Source: the human T2T-CHM13v2.0 reference genome, Homo sapiens. From it: 64,000 nucleotides of DNA. This document shows positions 33,991-49,081 of the stretch, piece by piece. How positions within the stretch are numbered: position 1 is the stretch's first letter; each line of letters begins with the position of its first letter. A program made the position numbers and the translations under genes. The notes under the pieces were generated by a model that worked only from the letters and a program-made list of their open reading frames with translations, did no database searches and had not been told where the DNA came from. The stretch lies in the NCBI RefSeq assembly GCF_009914755.1, contig NC_060926.1. One strand, given 5' to 3'.

Positions 33991-34095
33991 CAAAAGAGCA
34001 GATTTGCTAGATTAACTCCCAAAGCAATATTGTATGTTGGGTTTTAAAACTGAAATTGGGTTTCAACTGAATTTCAATATTGGGTTTAAAATTGA

Positions 34096-34695
<600 letters not shown>

Positions 34696-35835
34696 TAAAT
34701 AAATGCTTTATTTCAGAACAATTTTAGATTTACATAGAAGTTGCAAAGATAGTACAGAACGTTCCTGTATACTCCACACCCAGTTTCCCCTGACGTTGAC
34801 ATCTTACATAACTGTGGTACATTTGTTAAAACGAAGAGATTAACATTGGTACATGGTTATTTACTAAACTCTAGACTTTATTCTGATTTCACCAGTTTTT
34901 CCACTAATGTCCTTTTCTTCCCCCTGTTCTAGGATCCAATCCAGGATACATTTAGTAAAACAGAATTTTTACTATAATAAATTTGTATCCTTAGAGACAC
35001 ACACATACACAGATTGATACACACAGTTCCAGAAGGTCCTCCCTTCCCGGGACCTTCCCTTAAAAACCACCTCTAAACAAATAAATAAGCAACCACAAAG
35101 AATGTGTGCTTCAGCCTCAGACTGCCGATGTGTAAATGACAGAAGAAGTAGTTCAGTCTCTGGAGCCCAGGAAGGTGGCCTTCAAATCTGCTACACAGAG
35201 CTCCACGTCCAGGCTGTGGCACCTTGTCCGGGACTACTCTGGTCAACTTTGAGCCCAACGCCACTGCCTGGGACATCTGGGTGTTGGGGTGTAGGGGTGT
35301 GTGTGTACACACGTGCATGTACACTGGATGTCCATCATCCAGTCCAACTTTGGGGTTGGTGGACCAGCCTTGTTCAACGTTCCACCTGGCAACCCCACAA
35401 CCGGGGTGCAGACACAGCAGGGATTAGTGGAGCCCGGGCCTCATCCACACACTCCCCTCAACACAGACCAGGAAGAACTGGAGCTCCAGGTGTGGGGAGC
35501 CCACATGGCCCTGGTTCTTGTAGATATCTGAGGCAGGGCTGCTACTGTTCACCTCACCTCTGAGCAGCTGCCCTGGTGCAGCCATCCCCTTTAGACTCCA
35601 TCTTTCATCTCACCTTCTATGGCCCTATGGCCTTCCTGGCCGGGCGGGTCACAGGTGCCTCTCCAGGTTTGTTTCGTGGCCGGGCTGGGACAGTGGGAGG
35701 GACCTGGACTTCTGGTGCCTGAGAGACCAGCCCTGGGAAGCCACTGGGGAAGGGATTCCAAGGCTGGGGAGGGGGCATGGCAGTTGGCATACCTGTCAAT
35801 GGGGAAGAGAGCCAAGGTCCTGACAAGGCCTGTGT

Positions 35836-36325
35836 GGCTGGCTGAATAATGGCCCCCGCTGCCCACAAAGATGTCCACATCCTAATCCCTAGAAACTCTG
35901 GATGTTACTTTATATAGCAAAAGGAATTTTGCAGATATGATTCACTTACTCTTGAGATGGTGAGATTATTCTGGATTATCCAGGTGGGACATAAATGTAA
36001 TCAAAGGGTCTTTGTAAGAAGGAAGCAGAGAGAGATTCAATACAGAAGAAGGCCTTGTGAGCACTGAAGTGAGATCCTTGTCTTTGGGCTTTGCAGATGG
36101 AGGGAGGGGCCACTAGCCGGGGAATGCAGCTCTAGAGCCAGAGAAGGCAAGGAAGTTTCCCTTGGTGCCTCTGTGGGAATGCGGCCCTGCAGACACCTTG
36201 ACTTTAGCCCAGTGAAACAGACTCAGGACTTCTGCCCTTTAGGACTGTAGAGAACAAATGTATGTAGTTTTAAGTCACCACGTTTGTGGCCATTTTTTAT
36301 AGTGGCAGCAGAAAATGAATACAGC
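35836..36325. mobile_element. MLT1-type LTR
   Basis: GAATAATGGCCCCC...GATGTCCACATCCTAATCCC...GCAGCAGAAAATGAATACA. Confidence 0.7.
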
Positions 36326-36846
36326 CTGGCTCTTCTTGCTATTCTTGCATGCGCACCTGAGAAGTGTGTGCTGAGGAGGTGAGTGAAGAAGGCAGTGATA
36401 CTGTGGTCAGCTCTGGCCCTGCCAATACATCCCAGGATTCCCGAGGGTCACAGTGGCCCAAAATACCACAGATCCTTCTGGACGGACTAGGGGGAATACA
36501 TGAAGGAAAAGGAAGATGGAAAAGAGGCCACGTTTGTCATATCCTTCTTTAAGTCCTCTCTTTGGTCAATCCCAACATCTGATGGCTCAAGGTAAATGAC
36601 AGAGGAACACTGGCATCCGTAAGCTGGGCCACCCCTGTTGTCACGGCCTTTCCCCCGACTGCAAAATCATCCATCCCACCCAGGGAATCCAGACCTTCCA
36701 TGTCTGAGAGGATTGCATCTCTCCAAATCCCCAGGGGAAGGACAGACCTGCTCTCTAGAGAGGATGGAAAGGCTGTGTTACCATGACAACCTTACAGTCC
36801 CGCCAGCTGCCCCACAGGGACATGGGCCATTTCCCAAGAATTACTA

Positions 36847-37222
<376 letters not shown>

Positions 37223-40200
37223 TCAAAATTTAAAAAAAACAACAAAAAAACAATCTTCAGTGCCATCTGGGTCCTTCCATTCATGGTCAAATAGTGGCCA
37301 GCCTTCCAATAACTGGCCCTATAGAAGCACCCGTGGAGCCCTGCCTGCACCCTATGGACGTCTCTAGAGTCTCAGAGCCCCCAGTTGGGGTGGGCTTCCT
37401 GAGGACCAGGGACATCCCCAAAGAGAGAGACATTGGGAGCCAGATGCCTGCTATCCAGACACCAGAGGTCAGAGCACTATCAGTGCTGAGGAACTGAGCT
37501 CTTGTCACCATTAGGGACCCCCAGGAAAAGCATCATCATTTCCACCACGTCTCCACTCATTTCCTCTTTTTCTTGGTTCCAGGCATCTGATGGCTCATGG
37601 GAAATGACTGGGAGGTGCTGGGAGCGACAGGCTGTGTTCTTGCCTGTTGCCACACCTATTGCTGAGACTTTGCAAAACGAATCCATTGAGGACCTGGGGA
37701 ACTGACTAGGGTCAGTGACATAGCCAAGGCCACCTTTTCTGTATCACCTGCTAGGAGCACCAAGAGTTCAGTTTGCCTCCAAAGGATGGGAAATTCCCTG
37801 TTATACAACGCATGCAGACTGAGCATCAGCAACGGGCCGGATGTCATTCTAGGAGGTGGGATTCAATGGTGACAGGACAGAGCCACTGCCCTCAAGAAAT
37901 TCATGTTATGGGATAGGGTGGACAATAAACAACTAAGTAGGAAATGCAACGTCTGTACTGATGAGCGATAAAGAGAATGTCCAGGGAACGATGTGGTCAG
38001 GAGTGAGTGGGGCTGCTCGAGGACAGCCTCCTGGGGAGGTGACATTTAGCAGAGGCCTCGGCAAAGAGAGCTAACACAGCCTGATTGTTCCCCTCAAGGA
38101 GCCATAGTCAGGGACACCGGGACCTGACCAGGTCCAGCCAGCTGCCCGACCCAGGGACTTCAGCCTCCTGCTTTTCACTGAACTCGGAGCCCGCTCTGTG
38201 GGTTTCTGCCTTCAACTTCTGGGAAGTTGTGAGAGATGCAATTTTTTTTTTATGTACATCATTTTGCTATGTTGCCCAGGCTATCCTTGAACACCTGGAC
38301 TCAAGCAATCCTCCCATCTCAGCCTCCCAAGTAGTTGGGACAACAGGCTCATGCTATTGCACCTGTCAAAAAATGCAAATTCTGGAGTCCTATCAAATTC
38401 TACAGACCTACCGAATCTGAAACCCTGAGGCTGGGAGCCCAGCGATCTGTGTTTAAACAAGCCCCTAGATGATTCTGATGCTGCAAAAGTTTGCAGACTT
38501 GAGAAACCCTGGAGTAGAGCTAAACCTACCCACTACTTTGTTCAAGATGTAGGAAGCTCCTCCCAGTTCCCCAAGACCACCCTGACTACTCTGGTGGTCT
38601 CACTTATACCGGTAGCTGCTGATGGAATTTCGGCCTTGGAAACTGGGACCCCAGATGAGGGTGGTTGATGATCTCGGCTGGGAGTGAGGTTGGCAGAGCT
38701 CCTTCTTGCACAGGCTTTTCTCTCTGCCCACAGCTCCTGTTGATGGAGCAGAGAGGATGAGCGGCTAGGCATGCCCTTCTAACTTGGACTAAACGATTCA
38801 AAGAAAATATTCTTTAGGCCTGGAAAAACAGTCCATGGGTCTCCGTGAACCTTCCCTTGGTGCCAGTGGGTTTGTAGCCCACTCATTTCCGTGGATCTCT
38901 TCTTCACTGCCCTGTCTCCCTGTCCCCATGGACCAATTAGTTGTGGTCTATCCCAGGCCCCGGCTCGGCCAGCACTCTTTCTCTGTCACACATCCTTGCA
39001 ATAAACTACACCATCAGTGGGCACTTAGAAGGTAAGTCTTGTTCCTCTTTGGTCATTCTGTAATGTAAAAAGACATTTTTTTTTTAAGACGGAGTCTTGC
39101 TCCATCTAGCACAGTCTTGCACGTCTAGCACAGACTAGAGTCTAGCACGTCTAGCACAGGCTAGACGTCTTGCATGTCTAGCACAGGCTAGAGTGCAGTG
39201 GCGCGATCTCGGCTCACTGCAACCTCCGCTCCCCAGGTTCAAGTAATTCTCTTGCCTCAGTGTAAACATTTCTAAGGGACATAACCTAATAGAAAGGCTG
39301 CCAATGGATTTTGAAATGATTCCAAAGTCATGAAGCTACACGATGAACTTTGGCAGCCTTCTGGGCCTCCCATCTCAGGGCCACCCGCTCTGCCCTTGGC
39401 CAGCCCACTGCCTGGTTCGTTCCTATAGCAAGCATGTGTGCCAGGTGCATGGAGACCAAAGGACATGAAGTCAGCCACTGGGCCAACTGTCTCCCGACAG
39501 TGAAAACTGCCTGAAATTTGTCAAGACAGTAAATTTAAAAGCTATAAGAGTCGTCTGTTGGCGAGGCTCATACAACCATGTCAAATTCTGCCTCCTACTT
39601 CAAAAATTTTAATCATGCCAAAGCCACACACATGCACACATATGTAGACACACATGCACACACATGCACACATATGTAGACACACACCACAAATACAGCA
39701 CACACATGCCGAGTTTCTGCTCCTGTCTTCTTCTCCCAGAGGGGCCAGCCCTTCTTGTCAAATCATTCCATGAAAGGCCCTGCCTCCTGAGCAGATCCTC
39801 CTGGCCTAACCCTGGTACCTGTCACCTCCCAGAAATGGTCTGCAATTCCCACCAGGAGAGACCCTCCTCTGCATCAGATACCTGGGGTGGGAGGTGATGG
39901 TGGCAGGAACCTGAAGTCCATAAGGCCCCTGCTAAAAGCATGTGTGGCTTGGGAAAGGAAAGAGGGGCCTTGGAGCAGCTCCAGGGTGGTTGCCATGGAA
40001 GGCTCAGAGCCTGCTCTGTGGGGAGAGCAGGCACGGTGGTCTCTTAAACCCAGCGGTGCTGATGGGAGAATCTGCCCTGCCCAGGAGAGACCCGCTGTCT
40101 GCACAGCTGAGATTAACTGGCTTCAACATGGCTGCACGAAGACTAACAACCTTGTCGATTCTTAGAGCTAAGGCCGCAGGTGGCAGTAGCAAGACATGAA

Positions 40201-43200
40201 ACATTAGCCCTACAGAGATGGATGTGATCTTGAAGTCTGTTAAGTCTGACCTACTCATTTGGCAGGAATGGAAAGGGGTCCCGTACAGTGATGTCCTCCA
40301 AACCACACAGCTGATTAGAGGCAGGCCTAGGAGGCAACTGCTTTTCTGATCTCAGAGGAACATTCCCGCAACTGTTCTGGGCACCTCCTTCGTCTCTGTC
40401 TGAACATCCAAGAAGTACAAAGGGTTTCCAGGTTCTGGGATGTGGAACCCTGCTCAGCCTGTCTCTGGAGCCTGTGACCTGAACCACTGGGCACTGTGCC
40501 GCCTTCCCTGCCCTTCCCTCATCTCCTCATCAGATTCGAGGGGGAGAAGGGAGCTCAGGCTGCCAGCTCTGGCCTGTGGACTTGCCAGCCTGAGGTGTCT
40601 GAACTGAAAGGATGTCAAGAGCTGAGATACAGGCTTCATCCTCCCTTGTTGACAGCCTAGGAGGGAGCGATTTGCACCAAGCCGGGAATTGCTGAAGAGC
40701 TCAGTCTCAAAGGCCCCCGTGTCTGCATCGTGAGGAGTCAGTGCTGGGGCCACACTGCCATCCACATCTCATGCCCAGCGAGTGAAGAAGAAAGGAAGGA
40801 ATCCAGTATTTAAATGTGCTGCTCGGAGAAGAGGTGAGAAAGCTGACTGTACTTTTGGCAAGGTATTGCTTTTTCAAGTTCCATTTTTGTACTGTTTTTA
40901 GAAGAGGGCTTCAAAGTAATAGATGCCAAACATTTGGAAGTACAAAGAACTAGGGAGGGAAAATCACCCATAATTTTACTAACCAGAGGCACATTTTCTT
41001 CTGGTCTTATCTGTGAATTTTCCTTTTTCTTCAAAACTGAGATCATGCTGCACATTTTTTTTACTCCATTTTGCAGATGAACCTGCTGCAAAATTGATCT
41101 AGGATCATGCTTTTGATCCCCCAACTTGACATTATATCACAAGCATTTCCTCCAAGTTATTCTCTAGCAAAAGATAATACGTCAAAGAGACATGCTGTGA
41201 ATTACTTATGCATTCCTTTAGTATTAGAAACAGAAGTTACTCCTATATTCTTTGTTATAAATAACACTGAGATGAACATCTCTGTGGGTAAGTCTTGGCC
41301 CTTATCTGTGATTATTTCTGTCAATTGAATCCTCTAAAAGGAATGATTGCGTCAAAGATGAATATTTGATATCTCTTGAAATGGGCGCTTGCCAGTGTAA
41401 AGAAAAACGCTCAATTATAATTTGAAATGCCCTGAAATGGCTTTCCTCTTTTATACTTTTAAACAACTGAGCTCCCAGAAAAATTGACTAAATAATGCAT
41501 TTGTTCTTCAATTCACAAGTTATGGTCCCTGCTTTCTCCCTGATGTTGTTTATAATCTAGATATAAGACCAGAGGTGGACACACACACAAAAAAAGTTCT
41601 AGAATCACAGAGGTCAGAGGGCCCTGGGTGTTACCTGGCCTAGCTTCGTTCATTTGACAAGCATTGAAACAGAGGACTGGGGAGGCTGGGTGGCTTGCTC
41701 AAAGTCCCACAGTCCTGGTCAGGATGGTACCAGCCTCGGCAGGGCCTTCCCCACTAACTCACTGGACCAGAAGCTCAAGGGTCCCAGTGAAAGATCCCGA
41801 TGACTGTCACTTCCTTTCCTTTTCCTTCACACCCCAAAAGGCACTGGTTGAACAGTCAGGCCCTCCAAGGAGGAGGACAGACAGGCTGTCCAAGGAGGCT
41901 CTAGGTCAGGAGATGTCCAGATAGTGGTTGTTGTCTGAGCCATGTTTCTTCCACATGTGGAGCATTTTCTTTCTTTCTAGATCTTTAAGTGACATTCCAA
42001 GTGCAGTCTTATAATATCAGAGCCATTTGGTTTTCAATGACTAACTTCTAATGCACTAACTACTTATGCTTTTTTTCTTCATTATTCCAATCAGAACACA
42101 TGTATTGAGTATCCGTTATGTGTTATGTACTGTGCTAAGGAAATAAGACAAAAGTGAACGTTGGGTGGGCATAGTGGTTCACGCCTGTAATTGCAACACT
42201 TCCGGAGGCTAAGGCAGGAGGATTGCTTGAACCCAAGAGTTTGAGGCCAGCCTAAGCAACATGGTGAGGCACCATCTCTACAAAAAATTAAAAAATTAGT
42301 CAGGCATGGTGGCATCTGCCTGTAGTCCTAGCTACTTCGGAGGCTGAACTGGGAAGATCACTTGATCCCCAGAGCAAGGCTGCATTGAGCTGTGATCATA
42401 CCACTGCACTCTAGCTTGGGTGAAAGAGTGAGACCTTGTCTCAAAAAAAAGAAAAAAAAAAAAAAGAATGTTTACTGAGAGCTACCTATGTGCCAGGCAT
42501 TGGTCTAAGCCATTTACAAGTGTTGAATCCTTATTATTGAATCCTTACAACAACCTGTTAAGTCAGGTTACTATTATCACCCTCATTTCACAAAGAAAGA
42601 GGCTGAGGCAGAGAAAGATTAAGCCACTTGCCCATGATCTTACAAGCTGGTAAGTGACCAGGCCAGGAGATCAGGCTCTAGAGTCTGTCCTTTTCCCCGT
42701 CTGGCCACAGAGAACTGAGGCGAGCTCTGGCTGGGGAGGAGTTAAACCCTGGACAAGAATCTCAGTGCGGGGCAAGAAGACCCAACATAGAGTATAAGCT
42801 CCAGGAGGGCAGGGGGTTTTGTTCCCTCCTGCATCTCTGGGGTCCAGGACAGGGTCTGGATTCATGGTAGATTCTTAGTCAATATCTGTTGAATCAATGA
42901 ATGAGTAGACATATGTAAGGTGCCAATTCAGTAATACTGGAGCCCAGAGTGAGAGTGGGAGAGGGAGGAGGAGACCAGGAAAGGCAAATGAGATGTGGGG
43001 CTGGAAGAGCTTGGTGTGACCTGCCACGGAGCTTGCATTTCATCCTAGGGCGGGGGACACCACAGGCGATGTAACCTAAAGAAGTGGCAGGCTCAGATTT
43101 GCATTTTAGAAAGAGATACCTGGTAGGCATGCAGGGACAGAGTCAGAGATGCGAGTGGGGTGTCCTGGAGGAGGAGGCGGGAGGAGGATGGGCTAGCAAA

Positions 43201-46084
43201 GGCCCTCTCGAAATAGTCCAGGCAACAAAGAAGGCTGGGACTGTGGGGCTGCCGCCAAGGGAATGGATTCCAAGGAGCTCCAGAACTCGATGATCCATCA
43301 GATGTGGGTGGTGAGAGAGGGGGCAGAGATGAAGATGTTGGTGGTTTCTGGCTTGGGAGAAGCCAGTTTGGTGACAGCAATCTAGATAGGCGATGTGTGT
43401 GGAAGAACAGGTTTTTGGTGTAAAGATAGAAAATTCAGATGACAGAGCTTTTAAGTGTCTATAGGGTGTCCTCACAGGCAGCAGGAAGTGTGGATCTGAA
43501 GGAGGTCAGGACCGGAAATACAGATTTGGAAGCCACAAGTGAGGAAAATGCTCTGGGGGAGTATGGAGGAGACAAAAGGGATGACCAAGGACAAAAGCCT
43601 GGGAAGAAGGGGGCTCAGGGAGGAAGGTGTAGAACTTGGGGGAGCAACAGGAAGGATTTTGAGAGGGAGGGAGAGGCCTGCAGGGTTGCTCACTGTAGAG
43701 GGGTCATGATGATGATGGGGTGCTGGGAGAAAGAAGCTGCTGCAAAAGGTTTTGGTGGGAGGGTTGGGGGTGGGGACAAGGCTGCTGTAGGAGGCTGAGT
43801 GAGGACAATTTATTCCAAAAGCTCCCCAATTTATTCCAAAATCACCCAGGTGATACCCAGACAAGAAGAAAGGGCAGGGAGCTGTGGCTCTCAGTCTTGG
43901 CCACCCAAGGCACTCTTCTGGGGAGGTCCTGGCCCCACCTTAGAGATTTTTATTTAATTGGTCTGGGGTGGGGCCTTTCAGACTTTCAGCCAAGACTGAG
44001 AACCTTTGTCAGGGAAGATTTTTTAAGTTTTTATTTTATAACATGGAAAAATCTTAAGCTCGCTTATAGGATGAGGGGAAGGAGTGGGTGGGGAGGAGAG
44101 GGAGAAAATCCAGAGGTGTGGGGGTGGCTGTGGGAGCCAATCCCAGCCACAGGAGGGGAGAATCTGGAGGAGCCCCTGGGGACAATGGGATGGAGGCGGG
44201 TGTGGACGCATTGGAAAGCAGCCTGGGAGACCCATCTAGCATCTGTGGGCAGAATAGTGAGGGGCTTTAATGTTTGGTGGCTTCTGGAAGTGAGCTAGCC
44301 TGAGGAGCTTGGGGAGGTGAGGTAGGGAAGCGGGGTCCACTGGAAAAATGCAGGCTTTGGTGCCGCAGCCAACGGAGAAGGCAGGGGAGAGGCTGGAAGG
44401 CTCTGGTCTCCATGCTAGTGGGAAGCCGGGTTTTGTCCTGGGCTGCGCTGCCTGGCAGAGGCATTTCTCTGGCCACACCAGCAGCCCCTTTGGCTGGGTG
44501 TGGCGGGAGAAGAAGGAGCTGTGAGGGAGTTGAGGGGCATGGGGAGGACAAAGGTTGTGCAGATGTGTGTGATGGAGAGGAGGGAACAGGAGGTGGTCAG
44601 GGCAGGGTTTGGGGCTGGCCAGAGATGAAAGGGGAAGCAATCACAGCCCGAGGGCTGGAGTGTGATTGGGAGGCTAAGGTTTGAGTTGCTGGCACTCCCT
44701 GGGCTGCAGCTACAATGGGTAGAGTTGGCAGGAGGTGCTGGATCCAGGTATGGAGTAAGGACTCCTGCCAAGTTCTCAGGGGTGGAATGGAAATAAGAAA
44801 AAGTCAGGAAATGGTCAGATTCCAGTCTTGTAAGTACTGTCAAGGATTTCACACTTTGTCCTACAGGCAGTAAGCAGCTGTTGGAATCACTCAGCAGGGG
44901 AGTCACGGGATGAACGGGAGGCTTTAGGGTGAACCTGCACAGTTCTTTGCAGTCTGGATTGCAAACTGAAGATCTGGAACTGAAGATTTGGGAGATTAAC
45001 TAGGTCACAATTGCAATGAGACCAATCACCTCTGGGTGGGGTGGGATGTGCAGTTTGACAGGTTTAACCACCACCCCGGCCCTGGTTCCCTCTCCCACAC
45101 CTCCAGCAAGTGTGCTTCAAGCCATCTTTTTGTTCTGTTTTGTTTTGTTTTGTTTTGTTGAGATGGAGTCTTGCCGTGTCGCACAAGCTAGAGTGCAGTG
45201 GCATGAGCTTAGCTTACTGCAACTTCTGCATCTTGGGTTCAAGCAATCCTTCTGCCTCAGCCTCCTGAGTAGCTGGGATTGCAGGCAACTGCTACAATGC
45301 CCGGCTAATTTTTGTATTTTTAGTAGAGACGGGGTTTCTCCATGTTGGCCAAGCTGGTCTGAAACTCCTGACCTCAAGTGATCGCCCGCCTCAGCCTCCC
45401 AAAGTGTTGGGATTACAGGCATGAGCCACTGCACCCAGCTTCATCAAGCCATCTTTGAGTTCACAGTAAAAACCTAGAAGGTAGGATGAGACCCATGCTT
45501 CTGTTCCAGAGGGAATTTCCTCTAAATGTCCATGCCACACGCATCTCCAAGGACCCTGAAAATGGTCATCTGACACTTCTGTGTGCTGGGGACCAGCCCC
45601 TTGGGCTTAGACCCAGTAATTTCTTTATCTGTGCTAATTCCAATAATGGTCTGTGTAAAAGTAACAGTGGGAGGCCAGGAGGCTTCCAGACAGGAGAGGA
45701 TGCAGGGGAGAGTATAGGTGAGCAGGCCGGAGGCGTTAGGCCCTATGCATTGCAGAGCCCAGCGCAGAAGTTCCAGCTCATTTAACTTAAGATGTGTAGG
45801 GTATACAGAGGTTTTGGGATCAAGCAGATGTAAGCTAGATTCTCAGGTCTGCCACTAACTTGCAGGCAAATTATTTAACCTCTCTGGTCTCAATTTCCCT
45901 GCCAGTAAAATAGACATAATAATAGGATTTCCCTTTGTGGGTTGTCCATGAGGATTGAGCGAGGCAACTCGTGTAGAGAGCATAGCAGTGCTTCCACATG
46001 GTTAGCTGGTAGATAGATATTGGCCATTTTTATTAATTCAACACATGTTTATTGGGTACTGCTATGGACTGGTACTGGGTACTT

Positions 46085-46445
46085 TAGGGGAGTTATGTCC
46101 CGCCCCCTGAAATTCATATACTGAAACCCTGACCCCCAGTGTAACTGTATTTGGAGATTGGGCTTTTAGGAGGTAATTAAAGTTAACTGAGGTCATAAGG
46201 ATGGAGTCCTAACCTGACAGGGTTGGTGGCCATAGAAAAAAAGGAGGAGAGGAGGGAAGGCCACAGGAGGACAAGGTGAGAAGGCGGCCACCTGCAAGTC
46301 AGGGCGAGAGCCCTCCTCAGAGCATGACCATGCTGGCACTTTGATCTTGGGCTTCCAGCCTCCAGACTTATGAAAGATAAATGCCTGTTGCTGAAGCCAT
46401 CCAGTCTATGGTACTTAGTTATGGCAGCCTAAGCTGACAAAGACA
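46085..46445. mobile_element. MST/MLT1A-type LTR
   Basis: AAATTCATATACTGAAACCC...TTATGGCAGCCTAAGCTGACAAAGACA. Confidence 0.65.
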
Positions 46446-48821
46446 GGTGCGTATTGCCTGGCAGCATGAGCCGGATGCTGCTGCAGCGTGCAATGAACAA
46501 GACAGATCTGCATTTTCCCAGAGGTGAGAATCTAATGAGAGGAGAAGAGAGATGCACACAAAATAGTGCAAGTCGTGATAGGAAAAGGCTCTAAGAGAAG
46601 AGCAGGCAGGTTGTGCAGGCTAGGGCGGGGGCGGGGCAGGGTGGGGGAGATAAAGGAGTGCTGATATGCCACGGAGTGGCGGAGCATCAGAGAAAGACAC
46701 CTGCTTCGGGTAGCCTGCAAGGCTGGAATGGTCCAGGGAAGAGGTGATGCTTCCGGGTAGGGGTGGTGGCAGGGATAGTTGCTGGAAGGGCAAGAGTGGG
46801 GAGCCATTTCAGAGATGTTTCCCCATAGTTTTAGGAGCTGGCGAGGATGCAGTCAAGAAAACCTGGGGCTTCCTGAGACCCAGTCCGGCCAAGTAGGAGG
46901 AGGGGGCAGGAGGAAGACCATGCTGGGAAGCAGATTCTGATGGAAATGAAGCTGGGACCAACCAGGTGGGGTGTTTTTGTTTGTTTGTTTGTTTGTTTTG
47001 GCACATTAGTTCAGAGAACTACTGGCTGAAGAAGCAGAGAGGAAGAGGAACAGAACGTGGAGCTGGGAAGAAGCTGCCACGTAATTGCCACGGAAAGAGT
47101 GGCTGTTGGCAGGAACTGCATTTAGGAAGCATGGTAGTGGGCCTGCCAAGGGAGGCGGTCATGATTCATGCCTGGGAAGTGCTCGAGGCCAGAACGGAGG
47201 TTGGAGGAGGCTCCGGGGCCTGGGGCGTGGTGGCCGTGGTAGACCGGCGGACGCTGGCGATGGCTGGGCTCAGGGTCTGGCTCAGGGGAGTGTTGCTGAG
47301 AGTTGCTGTTCCTAGAATTTGTAAAATCTGACTCTGGGGGCGGAGAGCCAGGAAAGGGGTGGTTGCTGTGGCAACAAGGACACTCCATAGGGGTGGGGTG
47401 GGGCAATCGCAGTGGTGGGGGTGGGGATCGCAGGCCTGCCTTGCTTCACATCCAGGTGTAGGCTTAACTGCAACAAAGCTACCAAGAGGCCATGGGCTTG
47501 GCCCCTTCATGTTCAGTGCAAGAAACAGATCTAGACAGCTTTCTAGAAAGGGAATGTATTTATACATTTTCCTAAAAGTTCAAACGCAAGGAGAGAGCTC
47601 ATTCTTAAATCAATATTGTAATGAACGTCAAGAATTCCTTTGAAATAAAAGTCCCCAGGGCTTGTTTTTTAAAAACCTGTTTCATAAGTAGGATTTTCAT
47701 CCATGTCACTTTCTTAAAGTAGGACACTCCAGAATTGCCCCTCTGAGTTTTAGAAAATATTAAACCCCAGTTATCACCAACAGTAGGTATGTAAATTGGT
47801 GCAACCACTTTGGAAGACAATACGGCATAACTAATCAAAACTAAAAATGCACACAACCGTTGAACGCTCATTCCTCTTCTAGGGATTTTTCTTGCAGATA
47901 GACTAACTAAAAACTGGAATCTTTGGGAGGCTGAGGTGGGCGGATCCCTTGAGGTCAGGAGTTTGAGACCAGCCTGGCCAACATGATGAAACCCCATCTC
48001 TACTAAAAATACAAAAAATAGCTGGGCATGGTGGCACATGCCTGTAGTCCCAGCTACTCAGGAGGCTGAGGTACGAGAATCGCTTGAGCCTGGGAGGCGG
48101 AGGTTACAGTGAGCCAAGATCTCACCACTGCACTCCAGCCTGGGCAGCTGAGCCAGACCCCATCTCAAAAACAAAAACAAAACCAAAAAAACCCTGGAAT
48201 CTATGTGTCCAGGGAGAGGAAACTGGTAAAATGCACCATGTTATGATATAGAATAGTAGGTATGTTTAAAAGAATGTGGTAGATATAAACTAGCTCCACG
48301 AAATGTCCAGAAATCTGAAGTGAAAAATGAAAGACACATAATAGAGTATTTAAAAAAGGGGGCCCTGCAAAAATCGGGTTGTATATGCATAGAAAACACT
48401 GAAAGACTGCACAAGACACTGGCCCTGGAGAAATGGATCTGGGGTCTGGGCTGGCAGGAAAACTTACTTTTTATTGTAAACCCTTTTGAGCATGTTAAAT
48501 AACATGTTACTATGTGCACATGTTACTTTTCAATGTAAAAAAAAAAAAAAGGTTAAGGAGAGAAAAGTTGGTCTCTTTCTTAGGAATCCTGAGAGGAATG
48601 ATGGGGGAAGAGTCTCCCAGGATACAACCAGCCATCCACACAAAACAAAATGCTTCCAGCAGGATTTTACACACACTACCTTGATCTGGAGTTCTCTTTT
48701 TATTTAATTTTTTTATGTGGGCAGTAAAGGAAAGCTGGAAAAGTAGATGGAAGAAAAAAAATTGCTCGTGGATATGCCGCCTAACTCAACCCTGTTCACC
48801 TCCAGTGTCTTTCCAGGATAG

Positions 48822-49081
<260 letters not shown>

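Noticed and set aside
39085-39195. CRISPR-like repeat/spacer reading of the short repeats
   Set aside because: Human DNA, irregular 8-10 bp units inside an Alu, no unique spacers or cas genes.
40172-40188. CTCF-like GGCCGCAGGTGGCAGTA
   Set aside because: Mismatches in the 5' half of the core; too weak to call without data.
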